DNA from: a virus
Taxonomy: Duplodnaviria; Caudoviricetes
Virus record (IMG/VR): IMGVR_UViG_3300025713_000650
Location: 1 to 64,000 of that record
Direction: 5' to 3' (one strand)
DNA: 64,000 nt
Shown here: positions 10,493 through 20,096 of the stretch, piece after piece
Layout of the letters: each line of letters begins with the position of its first letter
How positions within the stretch are numbered: position 1 is the first letter of the stretch
Made by a program: the position numbers and the translations under genes
The notes under the pieces: generated by a model
Database searches by the model: none
Told to the model about the DNA's origin: nothing
The model's input: only the letters and a program-made list of their open reading frames with translations

Positions 10493-10894
10493 GTGAGTAA
10501 GAATGATTTAACAACACATCAATTTGATATACCTAAGGTGTTGGGTGACACTAATCTTCTTTCTGCAGAAGATTTTACTTTTCTCAAAGATCATTCGGAT
10601 CAGTTTGAAAAGAGATTTAGAACAAGATCTCTTTTTAGATCCAAGTTTGAGATGGAAGCTTCTGTTCTTAATGAAGATGTCCATCCTACTCCTGATTCCA
10701 AATACTGGCAGGCTATTGGAGAACAGAATGTTCATATAACAGAATTAATTTCTTTATCTTATCAGTCTAAGAAAATGGGTAAAGATCTTGAACTGAAGGA
10801 GATAGAGAGGAAGATGATATACTTCAGGATTATGGTTCTCCAACAGAAAATGATATTAAAGAAAATGAAACATATCAGGCTTATAAAAGATTAG
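10493..10894 (+). CDS. hypothetical protein, probably 3'-disrupted
   Basis: GTG start after AGGAGG; the C-terminus overlaps an unrelated-looking frame. Confidence 0.5.
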   Translation: MSKNDLTTHQFDIPKVLGDTNLLSAEDFTFLKDHSDQFEKRFRTRSLFRSKFEMEASVLNEDVHPTPDSKYWQAIGEQNVHITELISLSYQSKKMGKDLELKEIERKMIYFRIMVLQQKMILKKMKHIRLIKD

Positions 10895-11058
10895 AAGAAA
10901 TTGATAAAGAATGTATAAGATCAGTAAGAGCTATTTTATACGATGGGGGATCAACAGAAGATATTCAAAAATTAGAACAACTTGAAACAGAAGCTAGAAC
11001 TGAAAGATCTAAAATTTCACAACCTTCTGATCCAAAACCTCCGATAAAAGAAACTTAA
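10810..11058 (+). pseudogene. start-less C-terminal fragment, tail-fibre chaperone-like
   Basis: Open frame EDDILQDYGSPTE...RLEEIDKECIRSVRAIL...KLEQLETEARTER...KET* with no start codon or RBS. Confidence 0.4.
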
Positions 11059-11128
11059 TTTTAAAAAGATTTTTAATTTTTAATTAAGAATTAAATAAAA
11101 ACCTTTTTAAAAAAGAAAGGATATTAAT

Positions 11129-14100
11129 GTGAATATTTTAATAATGAATAAAAATTTACAAAATGTTGGTGGTACTGAAACATGGTGTTTTACAATTATA
11201 AAAGAATTAATAAAAAGAAATCATAATGTTGATGTATTTGCATTAAATAAAGGAGATTTTTTTAATTATATTGTTAAAACATTTCCAAATGTAGGTACTG
11301 AATTAAAGAAAAAATATGATTTAATTTTAGTTAATCATAATTCATCATTACAATATCTTATTGATAATAATATTAAAGGTTATAAGATTTATACTTGTCA
11401 TGGTATTCAATCTGATGATGAAAAACCAATAAAAGGTGCTGATTTTTATGTTTCAATTTCAGAAGAAGTTTTTGATTATTTACAATCTTTAGGTTTTAAT
11501 TCAACAATCATAAGAAATCCCATTGATATTGATTATTTTTCATGTAAGAATAATCCAAATCCAGTTGTAAAAAATGTTCTTTGTATATCCGATTGGCAAA
11601 ATTCAATTAATAATATCAAAGAGTTATGTCTTCAATTAAATCTTAATTTTAAATCTTTAGGAAAACAAAACTTTGAATATGACATAAGAGAATATTTAGA
11701 ATGGTCTGATATTGTTATTTGTGTTGGAAGAAGTTGTTATGAGGCAATGTCTTATTCAAGACCTGTTATTATTTACGATCATAGAGATCTTTATTCAAAT
11801 AATAAAGGTTTGGGTGATGGATATATTACAATAGATAATTTTAATGAATTTAAAAAGAAGAATTGTTCTGGAAGAACTAATAAATATGAATATAATGTTT
11901 CTGATTTAAAATTAATTTTATTAAATAAATATAATCCTGTTGATGGTCAAACAAATAGAATATTAATTGAAAAAGAATTTGATGTTAAAAAGATAGTTGA
12001 TTCATATTTAAATATTTATAATATTAAAGATTATACAGTTGTTATTCATGGGTGTTTCTTAGGTAAGACTGGTTATGCATATCATACAAGAAATTTTGCA
12101 ATTCATTTAAATAAGTATCTTCTTGTTAGAGTTAGAAATTTTTCATATGATGATGATCCATATTATTTAGATGATGAACAGAGAAACATGATTATTAAAG
12201 ATCATGAGGGTGAATTTTGGAATGATAAAAATAAGAAGATAATCAATATCGTTTTATGTGAAACAAATCATTATTATTTCTATGATGAATATAATAGAGA
12301 TAATCCTTTAATTTTTTATAATGTATGGGAAAGTACAAGACAACCAAAAGATTTCTTTAAAGTTTTTACATCAAAACCTGATCAAATTTGGGTTCCTTCT
12401 GAATGGCAAAAAAAATATACATTTTCTCAAATGATAAATGATGATTTATATGCAGATACATCTAAAATAAAAATTGTTCCAGAAGGTATTGATGTTAATA
12501 GATTTTATTTTTCAGAAGAAAAATTCAATCTTAGAAATGAATCTAAAAAATTTACATTTTTAATTATTGGAAGATGGGAATATAGAAAAGCAACATTAGA
12601 AATGATTAAGGCATTTTATAATGTTTTTAAAAATTATGATAATATTCAATTGTTAATTCTTGGAGATAATCCATTTGATTGGCAAAAAAAACATACAGTA
12701 AAAGAGAAATTAAAAGAATATAATTTAGAATGTGAAAATATTATTCCTATTAGTAAACTAAACGATAAACAATATGTTGATTTAATTCAATCATCTCATG
12801 TCTTTTTATCATGTTCAAGATCTGAAGGTTGGAATTTACCCTTAATTGAAGCTATAGCTTGTGGGATTCCCTCTATTTGTTCAAATTGGAGTGGTCAATT
12901 AGAATTTGCACAAAATACAGCTTCAAAACTTGTTCCTATTAAAAAGTTTTTACCTGCAAAATTTGATGATCCTTCTAGACATTGTCCTGGTGAATATGCA
13001 GAACCAGATTTTGAACAATTAGAAAATATTATATTTGATGTTTTTAACTCATATCATAAATATGAAGAAAAAGCAAAGAAAAGCGCAAAATATATAAGGG
13101 AAAACTTTAATTGGAAGAGATCAACAGATATTGCATTTAATAATTTAATTGATATTATTAATAAAAAAGAAAATATAAATATTAATAAAGATGATATTAA
13201 TATAATTGATAAAAAGGATAATTTTAATATGAAAGAAATTATAGTTATTGATTCATATACAAATTCAAAAGAAAAAGAAGATAAATTAATAAATCTTATC
13301 AAAACTATTAAATCTTTTAATATACCCATTCTTTTAGTATCACATTATCCATTAAATTCAGATATTCAACAAATGGTAAATTATTATATTTTTGATATAG
13401 ATAATTCAAAAGGATCTCATTATTTAGATTGTACATATAACCTTAAAAATGTTCAAATAAAATGTAAATTAGATGAAGAATACCATGTATTACCAATTAT
13501 TAAATCAATAAATAATTCAGTTAGATTCTGTTTAAATAAGTATGATATTATTCATTGGTTTGAATATGATGTTAATGCAAATTTCAATGAATATCTTAAT
13601 AGTGCAAGAAATAATCTAGAAAAATATAAATTATACGGTTTGATGTATGAAAATATGGGTATTAATACAACTATGTTTTCTTTCCATACTGATTTTATGA
13701 AAGATGTTAATTTACCTGAAACATGGGATGAATATTATAAAAATTGTGGATCAAATCAAGAAGATATTATTTTTGAAAATTGGTTATATAAATATTTATC
13801 AAAAATAGATATTAATAATTTTCATATTGATTCAAATACAAATTGTTTATTTAAGAAGGATTCTTTTAAACAATTAGATAATGATATTAAAATATTAGCT
13901 TGTCCGAAGAATAATTTTGAAGATTTTATTTTTATTATAAATAAATCTAATAAAATTATTAATAATTTTGAAGTATTTTTAAAAGGTGAAAAAAAAATTT
14001 CAAGTGTTATTAAACCTTCTTTATATAAATATTTTGTTTTAGAAAAAAAAGATGATTTAAATAAAAAAGATATTAATATTTTAATAAATGGTAAATATAA

Positions 14101-15313
14101 ATCTATTAATTATGATAAAGAAAATAAATGTAAATTTGATAATGGGATTAAATCTTCAAATTGGATTGAAGATAATAATAATGTTATGATAGATAATAAT
14201 GAATCATTTAGAATATTTTTTGTAAATAAACCTTTTTGTGAAATCTTAGGTAAAGAAGAAAAAGAATATTTAGTTAAATTTATTGATAAAGATTCAGATG
14301 AAGTTGTTTATGAAACTAAAATAAAAAATAATAATTGGTGTCGTTGTTTAAGAGAGTATTATACTAATTGGAGAGTTGAAATTTATTATAACAATAAATT
14401 AATTAAATATCATGATTTTGATTTAAAAGATAAAAAAGTATTAATAAATATTGATAGTAAATCTTTAGGTGATACTATTGCTTGGGTTCCTGTTGTTAAT
14501 GAATTTAAAAAGAAACATAAATGTGAGGTTGTATTATGTACATTTCATAATTATTTATTTAAAGATGTATATAAGGATATTTCATTTATTGAACCGGGAA
14601 ATACAATTTTAAATCTTTATGCAGGATATACAATAGGTTGTTTTGATAATAATATATATAAAAACAAAGAAGATTGGAGAACAGTTTCCCTTCAACAAAT
14701 TGCTTGTGATATTTTAGGAATTGAATACAAAGAAGATATATATCCAGAAATATCATTTATACCAGGAGAACGACCTATTGAAAAAAAATATATTTGTATT
14801 TCAGAACACAGTACCATGCAATGTAAATATTGGAATAGAAAAGATGCATGGCAAAAGATTGTTGATTATTTGAAAAAATTAAATTATGAGGTTGTTGTCA
14901 TAAGTAAAGAAAAATCAAATCTTGAAAATGTTATTCATAGAACAAATAAACCATTATCTGATACAATCAATACGATATATCATTCTGAATTTTTTATAGG
15001 TTTAGGAAGTGGTTTATCATGGATTTCTTGGGCATTAATGAAACCTGTTATTATGATTGCAGGATTTAGTGAACCTTGGTTTGAATTTAATACAGGTATT
15101 ATAAGAATATTACCACCTGAAGGTATTTGTTCAGGATGTTTTAATGATCCTAATGTTGAATTTGATAGAGGATGGAATTGGTGTCCTTATAAAAAGAATT
15201 ATGAATGTTCAAGATTAATTAGTGAAAAAATTGTTTATAAAGCAATTAATAAAGCAATAGATTTTACAAATTCAGGTCTTAATATTGATACATTATCTGA
15301 ATTCTATTCATAA
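11129..15313 (+). CDS. multidomain glycosyltransferase: two GT-B/GT4-like domains plus an autotransporter (TibC/Aah-like) O-heptosyltransferase domain
   Basis: GGTETW and GRSCYEAMS (GT-B 1); SRSEGWNLPLIEAIACG (GT4); SLGDTIAW, STMQCKYWN, FIGLGSGLSW, CSGC...WCP...EC (BAHT family). Confidence 0.85.
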   Translation: MNILIMNKNLQNVGGTETWCFTIIKELIKRNHNVDVFALNKGDFFNYIVKTFPNVGTELKKKYDLILVNHNSSLQYLIDNNIKGYKIYTCHGIQSDDEKPIKGADFYVSISEEVFDYLQSLGFNSTIIRNPIDIDYFSCKNNPNPVVKNVLCISDWQNSINNIKELCLQLNLNFKSLGKQNFEYDIREYLEWSDIVICVGRSCYEAMSYSRPVIIYDHRDLYSNNKGLGDGYITIDNFNEFKKKNCSGRTNKYEYNVSDLKLILLNKYNPVDGQTNRILIEKEFDVKKIVDSYLNIYNIKDYTVVIHGCFLGKTGYAYHTRNFAIHLNKYLLVRVRNFSYDDDPYYLDDEQRNMIIKDHEGEFWNDKNKKIINIVLCETNHYYFYDEYNRDNPLIFYNVWESTRQPKDFFKVFTSKPDQIWVPSEWQKKYTFSQMINDDLYADTSKIKIVPEGIDVNRFYFSEEKFNLRNESKKFTFLIIGRWEYRKATLEMIKAFYNVFKNYDNIQLLILGDNPFDWQKKHTVKEKLKEYNLECENIIPISKLNDKQYVDLIQSSHVFLSCSRSEGWNLPLIEAIACGIPSICSNWSGQLEFAQNTASKLVPIKKFLPAKFDDPSRHCPGEYAEPDFEQLENIIFDVFNSYHKYEEKAKKSAKYIRENFNWKRSTDIAFNNLIDIINKKENININKDDINIIDKKDNFNMKEIIVIDSYTNSKEKEDKLINLIKTIKSFNIPILLVSHYPLNSDIQQMVNYYIFDIDNSKGSHYLDCTYNLKNVQIKCKLDEEYHVLPIIKSINNSVRFCLNKYDIIHWFEYDVNANFNEYLNSARNNLEKYKLYGLMYENMGINTTMFSFHTDFMKDVNLPETWDEYYKNCGSNQEDIIFENWLYKYLSKIDINNFHIDSNTNCLFKKDSFKQLDNDIKILACPKNNFEDFIFIINKSNKIINNFEVFLKGEKKISSVIKPSLYKYFVLEKKDDLNKKDINILINGKYKSINYDKENKCKFDNGIKSSNWIEDNNNVMIDNNESFRIFFVNKPFCEILGKEEKEYLVKFIDKDSDEVVYETKIKNNNWCRCLREYYTNWRVEIYYNNKLIKYHDFDLKDKKVLINIDSKSLGDTIAWVPVVNEFKKKHKCEVVLCTFHNYLFKDVYKDISFIEPGNTILNLYAGYTIGCFDNNIYKNKEDWRTVSLQQIACDILGIEYKEDIYPEISFIPGERPIEKKYICISEHSTMQCKYWNRKDAWQKIVDYLKKLNYEVVVISKEKSNLENVIHRTNKPLSDTINTIYHSEFFIGLGSGLSWISWALMKPVIMIAGFSEPWFEFNTGIIRILPPEGICSGCFNDPNVEFDRGWNWCPYKKNYECSRLISEKIVYKAINKAIDFTNSGLNIDTLSEFYS

Positions 15314-15339
15314 AAATAAAAAAAATAGGAGTTAAAATT

Positions 15340-15574
15340 ATGTCAAGACTTTGGACTTTATCAACTGGAGATTTTCTAAAAGGTGGGATTGTGGCTGTTA
15401 TTTCAGGAATTCTGACTTTTTTTTGTTGATCTTATTAATACAGGTGCATTAACAGATCTTAATGTAAATATGATTGGGGGTGTTGCTATTGCTTCTGGTA
15501 TTTCTTATATTCTAAAGAATTTCTCAACAGACGAAAATGGTAAGATTTTGAAGAAGATTGATACAAATAAGTAA
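15340..15574 (+). pseudogene. small two-TM holin-like protein with a one-base frameshift in a T8 run
   Basis: Removing one T from 15417-15424 gives 77 aa MSRLWTLSTGDFLKGGIVAVISGILTFFVDLINTG...SYILKNFSTDENGK...; AGGAG RBS. Confidence 0.6.
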
Positions 15575-15592
15575 TTAAATTTAACTTTATGG

Positions 15593-15664
15593 GGGCCTAC
15601 ATAGCATTTGTTTAATGTTAGCATATTGGGTGTAATGTTTCAGATTTAAATGCTATGTAGGCCC
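15593..15664. terminator. long inverted repeat between convergent genes
   Basis: GGGCCTACATAGCATTT ... AAATGCTATGTAGGCCC, 17-bp perfect arms. Confidence 0.55.
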
Positions 15665-15839
15665 AGTGATGAGAATTACCTGTATTTACTTTTGTTCTTT
15701 GTACTTTTTGTATTCGTTTTTCGGACAATAAACCCATTCTTTTTTATCAACAAGCTCCATGGCTTCAGAATCTCTAATTTTCTTTACTTCTTGAGTTCTG
15801 ATGTTCTTTACACACTTCATCGCTTATTCCTTTCTTTGT

Positions 15840-16355
15840 TTAGGAATTTTTTTTGTTTTTTAGATCAATTAGAATTTGATTATTGATAATTTTTTTAATT
15901 TCTTCAAAAGAATAAGGATAATAATTATTTGTATCAACTCCAATATCCATTTGTGTTGGAAAATAATCTTTTAATTTTCCATGTGAATGACCAAATAATT
16001 GCCAACTACCATAATGACTTTTTGGCCAGGTTCTCATGCAGTAATGACAAACAACAATGTAATTTTTATCAATATTTTTTTCCCATATTGTTATAGCTTT
16101 TCTTTCTAACCAATAATCATGATTACCTTTTAAGAAAACATGAGTACCATTTAATCTTTTGATAATAGCTTGTGTATATTGTTCACTTCTAATACAAAAA
16201 TCACCACTGTGAATAACTGTATCTCTTTTTGTTACAACTTCGTTATGTCTTTTAATTAATTCTTCTTCCATTTCTTTAATATTTTTAAATGGTCTTTCTA
16301 AATGCTTAATAATATTATTATGTCCATGATGTTCGTCTGCTGTAAAGAAAAACAT
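15840..16355 (-). CDS. calcineurin-like metallophosphoesterase
   Basis: DEHHGH, GDF, GNHD, HY and GHSH motifs. Confidence 0.9.
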   Translation of the reverse strand: MFFFTADEHHGHNNIIKHLERPFKNIKEMEEELIKRHNEVVTKRDTVIHSGDFCIRSEQYTQAIIKRLNGTHVFLKGNHDYWLERKAITIWEKNIDKNYIVVCHYCMRTWPKSHYGSWQLFGHSHGKLKDYFPTQMDIGVDTNNYYPYSFEEIKKIINNQILIDLKNKKNS

Positions 16356-16365
16356 TTATCTTTTC

Positions 16366-16608
16366 TCAATTTTTTTTAGATATTAAATTTAAAAATAAAT
16401 TTTTATCTTCACTAGTAATATTTTCATAATCGTAAAGAATTTTAACTTCAATAGGTGACAAACCTTTTTCTACACATTTATAAATTAAAATTTTTTTTGA
16501 AAGTAAATCAAGAAATGTAAAAGTTATGCAGATAGTAAGAAAAATTAAAATATAAAAAGATATTTTATATAGTAAATAATTGATTTGAATATCTTCTTCT
16601 TTAGGCAT
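16366..16608 (-). CDS. small membrane protein
   Basis: Single hydrophobic stretch; overlaps the upstream stop. Confidence 0.5.
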   Translation of the reverse strand: MPKEEDIQINYLLYKISFYILIFLTICITFTFLDLLSKKILIYKCVEKGLSPIEVKILYDYENITSEDKNLFLNLISKKN

Positions 16609-17326
16609 ATATATCTATACCCCACTTTCCATATTCATCATATGTATTTAAAGCATTCATCCACCACCACGCATCAACATACTTGTTGTCTTCTTCAAAA
16701 GAATCTCTTTCAGATATTGGTGTTTTTTCTGGATAATAACACCAATCTAATTCTATCCAATTATTATCAGATTCTCTTTTATAGATTGTCCAAGCATGTC
16801 CTCCAAATGGAGCATTTATTCCTGCTTCAACATAACCCGCATATGTTCTAATTCTTTCATAAGGTATACCAGAAGCTAACATTAAAGAGTGAATTAAAAA
16901 AGCACCATCCTCACAATCACCTTTTAATGTTTGTAATGATTCTGTAGGATATGCCCAATATTCATCTCGTTTATATTGTTCAATATCTGAAACATATGTA
17001 AAATTTTCTTGTACCCATTTTAATATTTTTTCAGCTTTAACATCATTTGAATCTGTAGGATTTACAATTTCTAATGCTTTTTTCTTCACTTGTAAATTAT
17101 TAACTTGTAAATATTCTCGATAATCAATTGAATTTAATTTACCAGAAGGATTATATGTATTATTATATTTTAAATCAAATTTAGAATTTAAAATAGAAGA
17201 TAAATCATTATCTTTGTAAATTGAAGATTTAAATAAATCAATTAAACTTGATTTTGGAATTACAGAAGAAGATTGAGGAAATAAGTTTTGAACTATAAGA
17301 TCATTAATTATATGACTCATTTTCAA
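16601..17326 (-). CDS. transglutaminase-like cysteine protease (BTLCP-like)
   Basis: EYWAYP.E.L....GDCEDGA, GHAW, LDW triad. Confidence 0.8.
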   Translation of the reverse strand: MKMSHIINDLIVQNLFPQSSSVIPKSSLIDLFKSSIYKDNDLSSILNSKFDLKYNNTYNPSGKLNSIDYREYLQVNNLQVKKKALEIVNPTDSNDVKAEKILKWVQENFTYVSDIEQYKRDEYWAYPTESLQTLKGDCEDGAFLIHSLMLASGIPYERIRTYAGYVEAGINAPFGGHAWTIYKRESDNNWIELDWCYYPEKTPISERDSFEEDNKYVDAWWWMNALNTYDEYGKWGIDIYA

Positions 17327-17394
17327 AATTCCTTTCTGTTAAATTTTAAAAAAAAGGTTTCATCATAAAAGATAAAACCTTTTTTAAAATTTTG

Positions 17395-17799
17395 TTATTC
17401 ATACCAAGGAAAGTATTTTTTATATTCCCCCTTGATATTTTTTGTAGGTTTGAATCTTTTCTTTTTGATCAATGAATTAGACGATATTTGTTTATGTATA
17501 TCCTCCAACTCCATACGAATGAACATAGATATTGTCATATTATCATTATGGTCTTCTCGTAAACTAATCAGACCACACGCAACTTTATCAAAAACCTCAA
17601 TTGCTCTTTGATTATCGTTTGAATTGTTTTTGATAAAATCTAAAGCAATGTTTGAACTTTTGTTTAAAATCTCAACATCAATTAAAATTTTTTCAACATT
17701 GTATTCGATATTTTCTTCAACTTTAATTCCCTCATAATTATAAAATGCTTTTTCAGCACCCATTTCAATACAATTTGTTAAATAATTACAAAGATACAT
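17395..17799 (-). CDS. hypothetical protein
   Basis: GAGGAGG RBS, downstream of promoter motif A, followed by a hairpin at about 17351-17385. Confidence 0.7.
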   Translation of the reverse strand: MYLCNYLTNCIEMGAEKAFYNYEGIKVEENIEYNVEKILIDVEILNKSSNIALDFIKNNSNDNQRAIEVFDKVACGLISLREDHNDNMTISMFIRMELEDIHKQISSNSLIKKKRFKPTKNIKGEYKKYFPWYE

Positions 17800-17822
17800 T
17801 TTTTCCTCCTCTCTTTTTTTAC

Positions 17823-17843
17823 TTCACTAATTAATATATATAG
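17823..17843 (-). promoter_or_regulatory. promoter-like motif A (CTATATATATTAATTAGTGAA)
   Basis: One of 8 intergenic copies, just upstream of an RBS. Confidence 0.7.
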
Positions 17844-17961
17844 ATTGGAGGTACGATAATTAATTTTCTAATAATTTTAAATTTTGTTTAATTAATTCGA
17901 TTACCTTATCACTATATGTATTATATTTGTTTGAATTTAATTGTTCTATTAATTTTTTCAT

Positions 17962-18010
17962 AAGATTCGTTGAGTGGAAACCTCGTGCCCTTGTGGCCGA
18001 GGTAATTGAC
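17962..18010. mobile_element. 49-bp IS200/IS605-type mini-element, copy 2
   Basis: Near-identical to 7799-7847; also preceded by TTCAT. Confidence 0.7.
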
Positions 18011-18083
18011 GTATAATAAGTTCTGTGTAATGTCTATACATATTATAAGTAAAATTTTTAATTTTACTTTTCTAGATATTTCT

Positions 18084-18104
18084 CTATATATATTAATTGA
18101 TGAA
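18084..18104 (+). promoter_or_regulatory. promoter-like motif A, + strand, no obvious downstream gene
   Basis: CTATATATATTAATTGATGAA. Confidence 0.55.
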
Positions 18105-18117
18105 GTGAAGAAGGGAT

Positions 18118-18594
18118 TTAAAGAAGAATATAGATATTAACTTTAAATTTATCTAATGTTTTTCTTATAATACCTTCAATCTTATTCCAATCACCACCTG
18201 CTAAACCTGATCCGATTTTAGGCATATGAATTGAAACATTTGAAGGGAATTTATTCTCTTCAATATATCCTGCTAATTTATTTAAACATTTTTCAAGATA
18301 ATTATATTTCAATGGTATTGAATTATTAAGGTTTCTAACATTATGTTGACATATCATATTAACAACATATATATTTTCTTCAACTTTAACTAAAATATTT
18401 TTTCCAAGATTATGTATTCCTGGTTTATTTTTTAAAATAAAACTCTTATACATTAATTCTGGAGTTTTCCATTTTTTAGATAATTCTTTTGTAAATCCAG
18501 CACCCCATTTTCCAATATCGTTACAAACATGTACTATAAATTTTATTTCATTTCCTTCTTGTCTGAGTACATCTCCATAAATATGATGTATCAC
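18118..18594 (-). CDS. macro domain protein (ADP-ribose hydrolase, Poa1p/TARG1-like)
   Basis: HVCNDIGKWGAGF and MPKIGSGLAGGDW motifs. Confidence 0.85.
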   Translation of the reverse strand: MIHHIYGDVLRQEGNEIKFIVHVCNDIGKWGAGFTKELSKKWKTPELMYKSFILKNKPGIHNLGKNILVKVEENIYVVNMICQHNVRNLNNSIPLKYNYLEKCLNKLAGYIEENKFPSNVSIHMPKIGSGLAGGDWNKIEGIIRKTLDKFKVNIYILL

Positions 18595-18879
18595 TTAACC
18601 TCCTTTTTTAACTTCAAAAAATATTTTAGTTTCAAATACATTTTCACAACCCATTACCCAATATTTACCTAATTTATTCATTAAGTCCCATAATTGCCAT
18701 TTAGACCATCCATCTTTATCTTCTTCGTGTATTTTAAAATGTTCTCTAATTTTTTCTTTTTGTTTTTCTGGAAGATATGAAATTTCTTTTTCAAAATTTT
18801 CTTTTAATTTTTCTTTTCCATAATCTGTTAATTTAATATAAACATAATCATTAATATTAAAAGGTATTTTTTCAAACAT
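18595..18879 (-). CDS. conserved-looking phage hypothetical protein
   Basis: FNINDYVYIKLT..G...DGWSKWQLWDLM. Confidence 0.6.
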   Translation of the reverse strand: MFEKIPFNINDYVYIKLTDYGKEKLKENFEKEISYLPEKQKEKIREHFKIHEEDKDGWSKWQLWDLMNKLGKYWVMGCENVFETKIFFEVKKGG

Positions 18880-18928
18880 TTTTAGACTCCATATTATTTT
18901 TAGATTTGATTTCTTTAATACCTCCTTT

Positions 18929-19504
18929 TTAAGTTAAAATTGCTGAATAATTAAACCCTTCAGCAATTTTCTTTAATTTTCCAAATTCTGGTCTTAACCT
19001 CAAATTAAAATGTTTATAATTATCTAATGCTATTTCACTATCATGATTTGCAATGTGCAATGGTGGGGTAGTATATGTTGTATCTAAACGAATCAAATAA
19101 CCATTTTTATTTTTTATGTAATCAGCTTCATTAGGAAAACGAATATCATTGATAATAATAATATCACCTGATATAGATCTATCTAATTCTTTAACCCAAT
19201 AATCTATATCTACTTGTTTTCTCATTACATCAGTACCCCACCATTGCAATATTTCTCTTACTGTCATATATTTTTTTTGAGCCGGAATATATACTTTAGA
19301 TTCTTTTCCTTCTTGAGAGTAAGCTAGATTAATATCAAATTCAAAAATTCTTGAACATTCTTTTTTTAAAATATCACCTACTGCAATTGTAATACATGAA
19401 TAATTAGATTGAGTTAAATTATCTATTATATTTTTCATATGTTCAGATAAAGTTGTTTTACCACTACCTATTTTTCCAGAAATTCCTATAAATTTTTTAT
19501 CCAT
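18929..19504 (-). CDS. deoxynucleoside monophosphate kinase
   Basis: GKIGSGKTT P-loop, REILQWWGTD, DIRFPNE, HDSE. Confidence 0.85.
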   Translation of the reverse strand: MDKKFIGISGKIGSGKTTLSEHMKNIIDNLTQSNYSCITIAVGDILKKECSRIFEFDINLAYSQEGKESKVYIPAQKKYMTVREILQWWGTDVMRKQVDIDYWVKELDRSISGDIIIINDIRFPNEADYIKNKNGYLIRLDTTYTTPPLHIANHDSEIALDNYKHFNLRLRPEFGKLKKIAEGFNYSAILT

Positions 19505-19533
19505 AAATTTAAATTTCTCCTAGTTAATTTTTA

Positions 19534-19734
19534 CTAATCGATTTGATAGATGGGAATATTTTTTAAATCTTCTGTAAATTCAACTGATCGCTTTGCTATT
19601 CCTTTAATCAATTGAACATTACATTTAGGACATTCATAAATATCTGCATAATAATATAAATTTTCTTTTTTAACTAAAATACCATTTTGTTTACATTTAA
19701 ACATACATTTACATTTTACACAAAAGATATCCAT
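19534..19734 (-). CDS. small zinc-ribbon protein
   Basis: CVKC...CPKC. Confidence 0.6.
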   Translation of the reverse strand: MDIFCVKCKCMFKCKQNGILVKKENLYYYADIYECPKCNVQLIKGIAKRSVEFTEDLKNIPIYQID

Positions 19735-19736
19735 TA

Positions 19737-20075
19737 TTAATACTCATCATTTATAATATCATTTTCTAAAATATCCATATCTTCCTGAGTTAAACTTTCA
19801 TTCTCGACTTCTAATGATTCTTCTTCAAAATCAATTTCTTCTTGATTAGATGATTCTTCATCATCTATTGCTGCAATAATAGCCTCTCGAATTGAATCTC
19901 TCCATTCATCTTTAAATACTAAGAATGTTGTTTGTATATCTTCGGGGTCACCACCAGACGCAACATTTTGAAAACCAGTTCCAGAAACAGCCCAATGACC
20001 ATTATCATCATTGATGAGACCATATCCATATCTTTCTTCAAGCCAATCAATAAGTTCTTTATCTGTATATTTCAT
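19737..20075 (-). CDS. hypothetical protein with acidic tail
   Basis: ORF with RBS, in operon. Confidence 0.6.
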   Translation of the reverse strand: MKYTDKELIDWLEERYGYGLINDDNGHWAVSGTGFQNVASGGDPEDIQTTFLVFKDEWRDSIREAIIAAIDDEESSNQEEIDFEEESLEVENESLTQEDMDILENDIINDEY

Positions 20076-20096
20076 TTACTTTTTCCTTTCTTTTTT

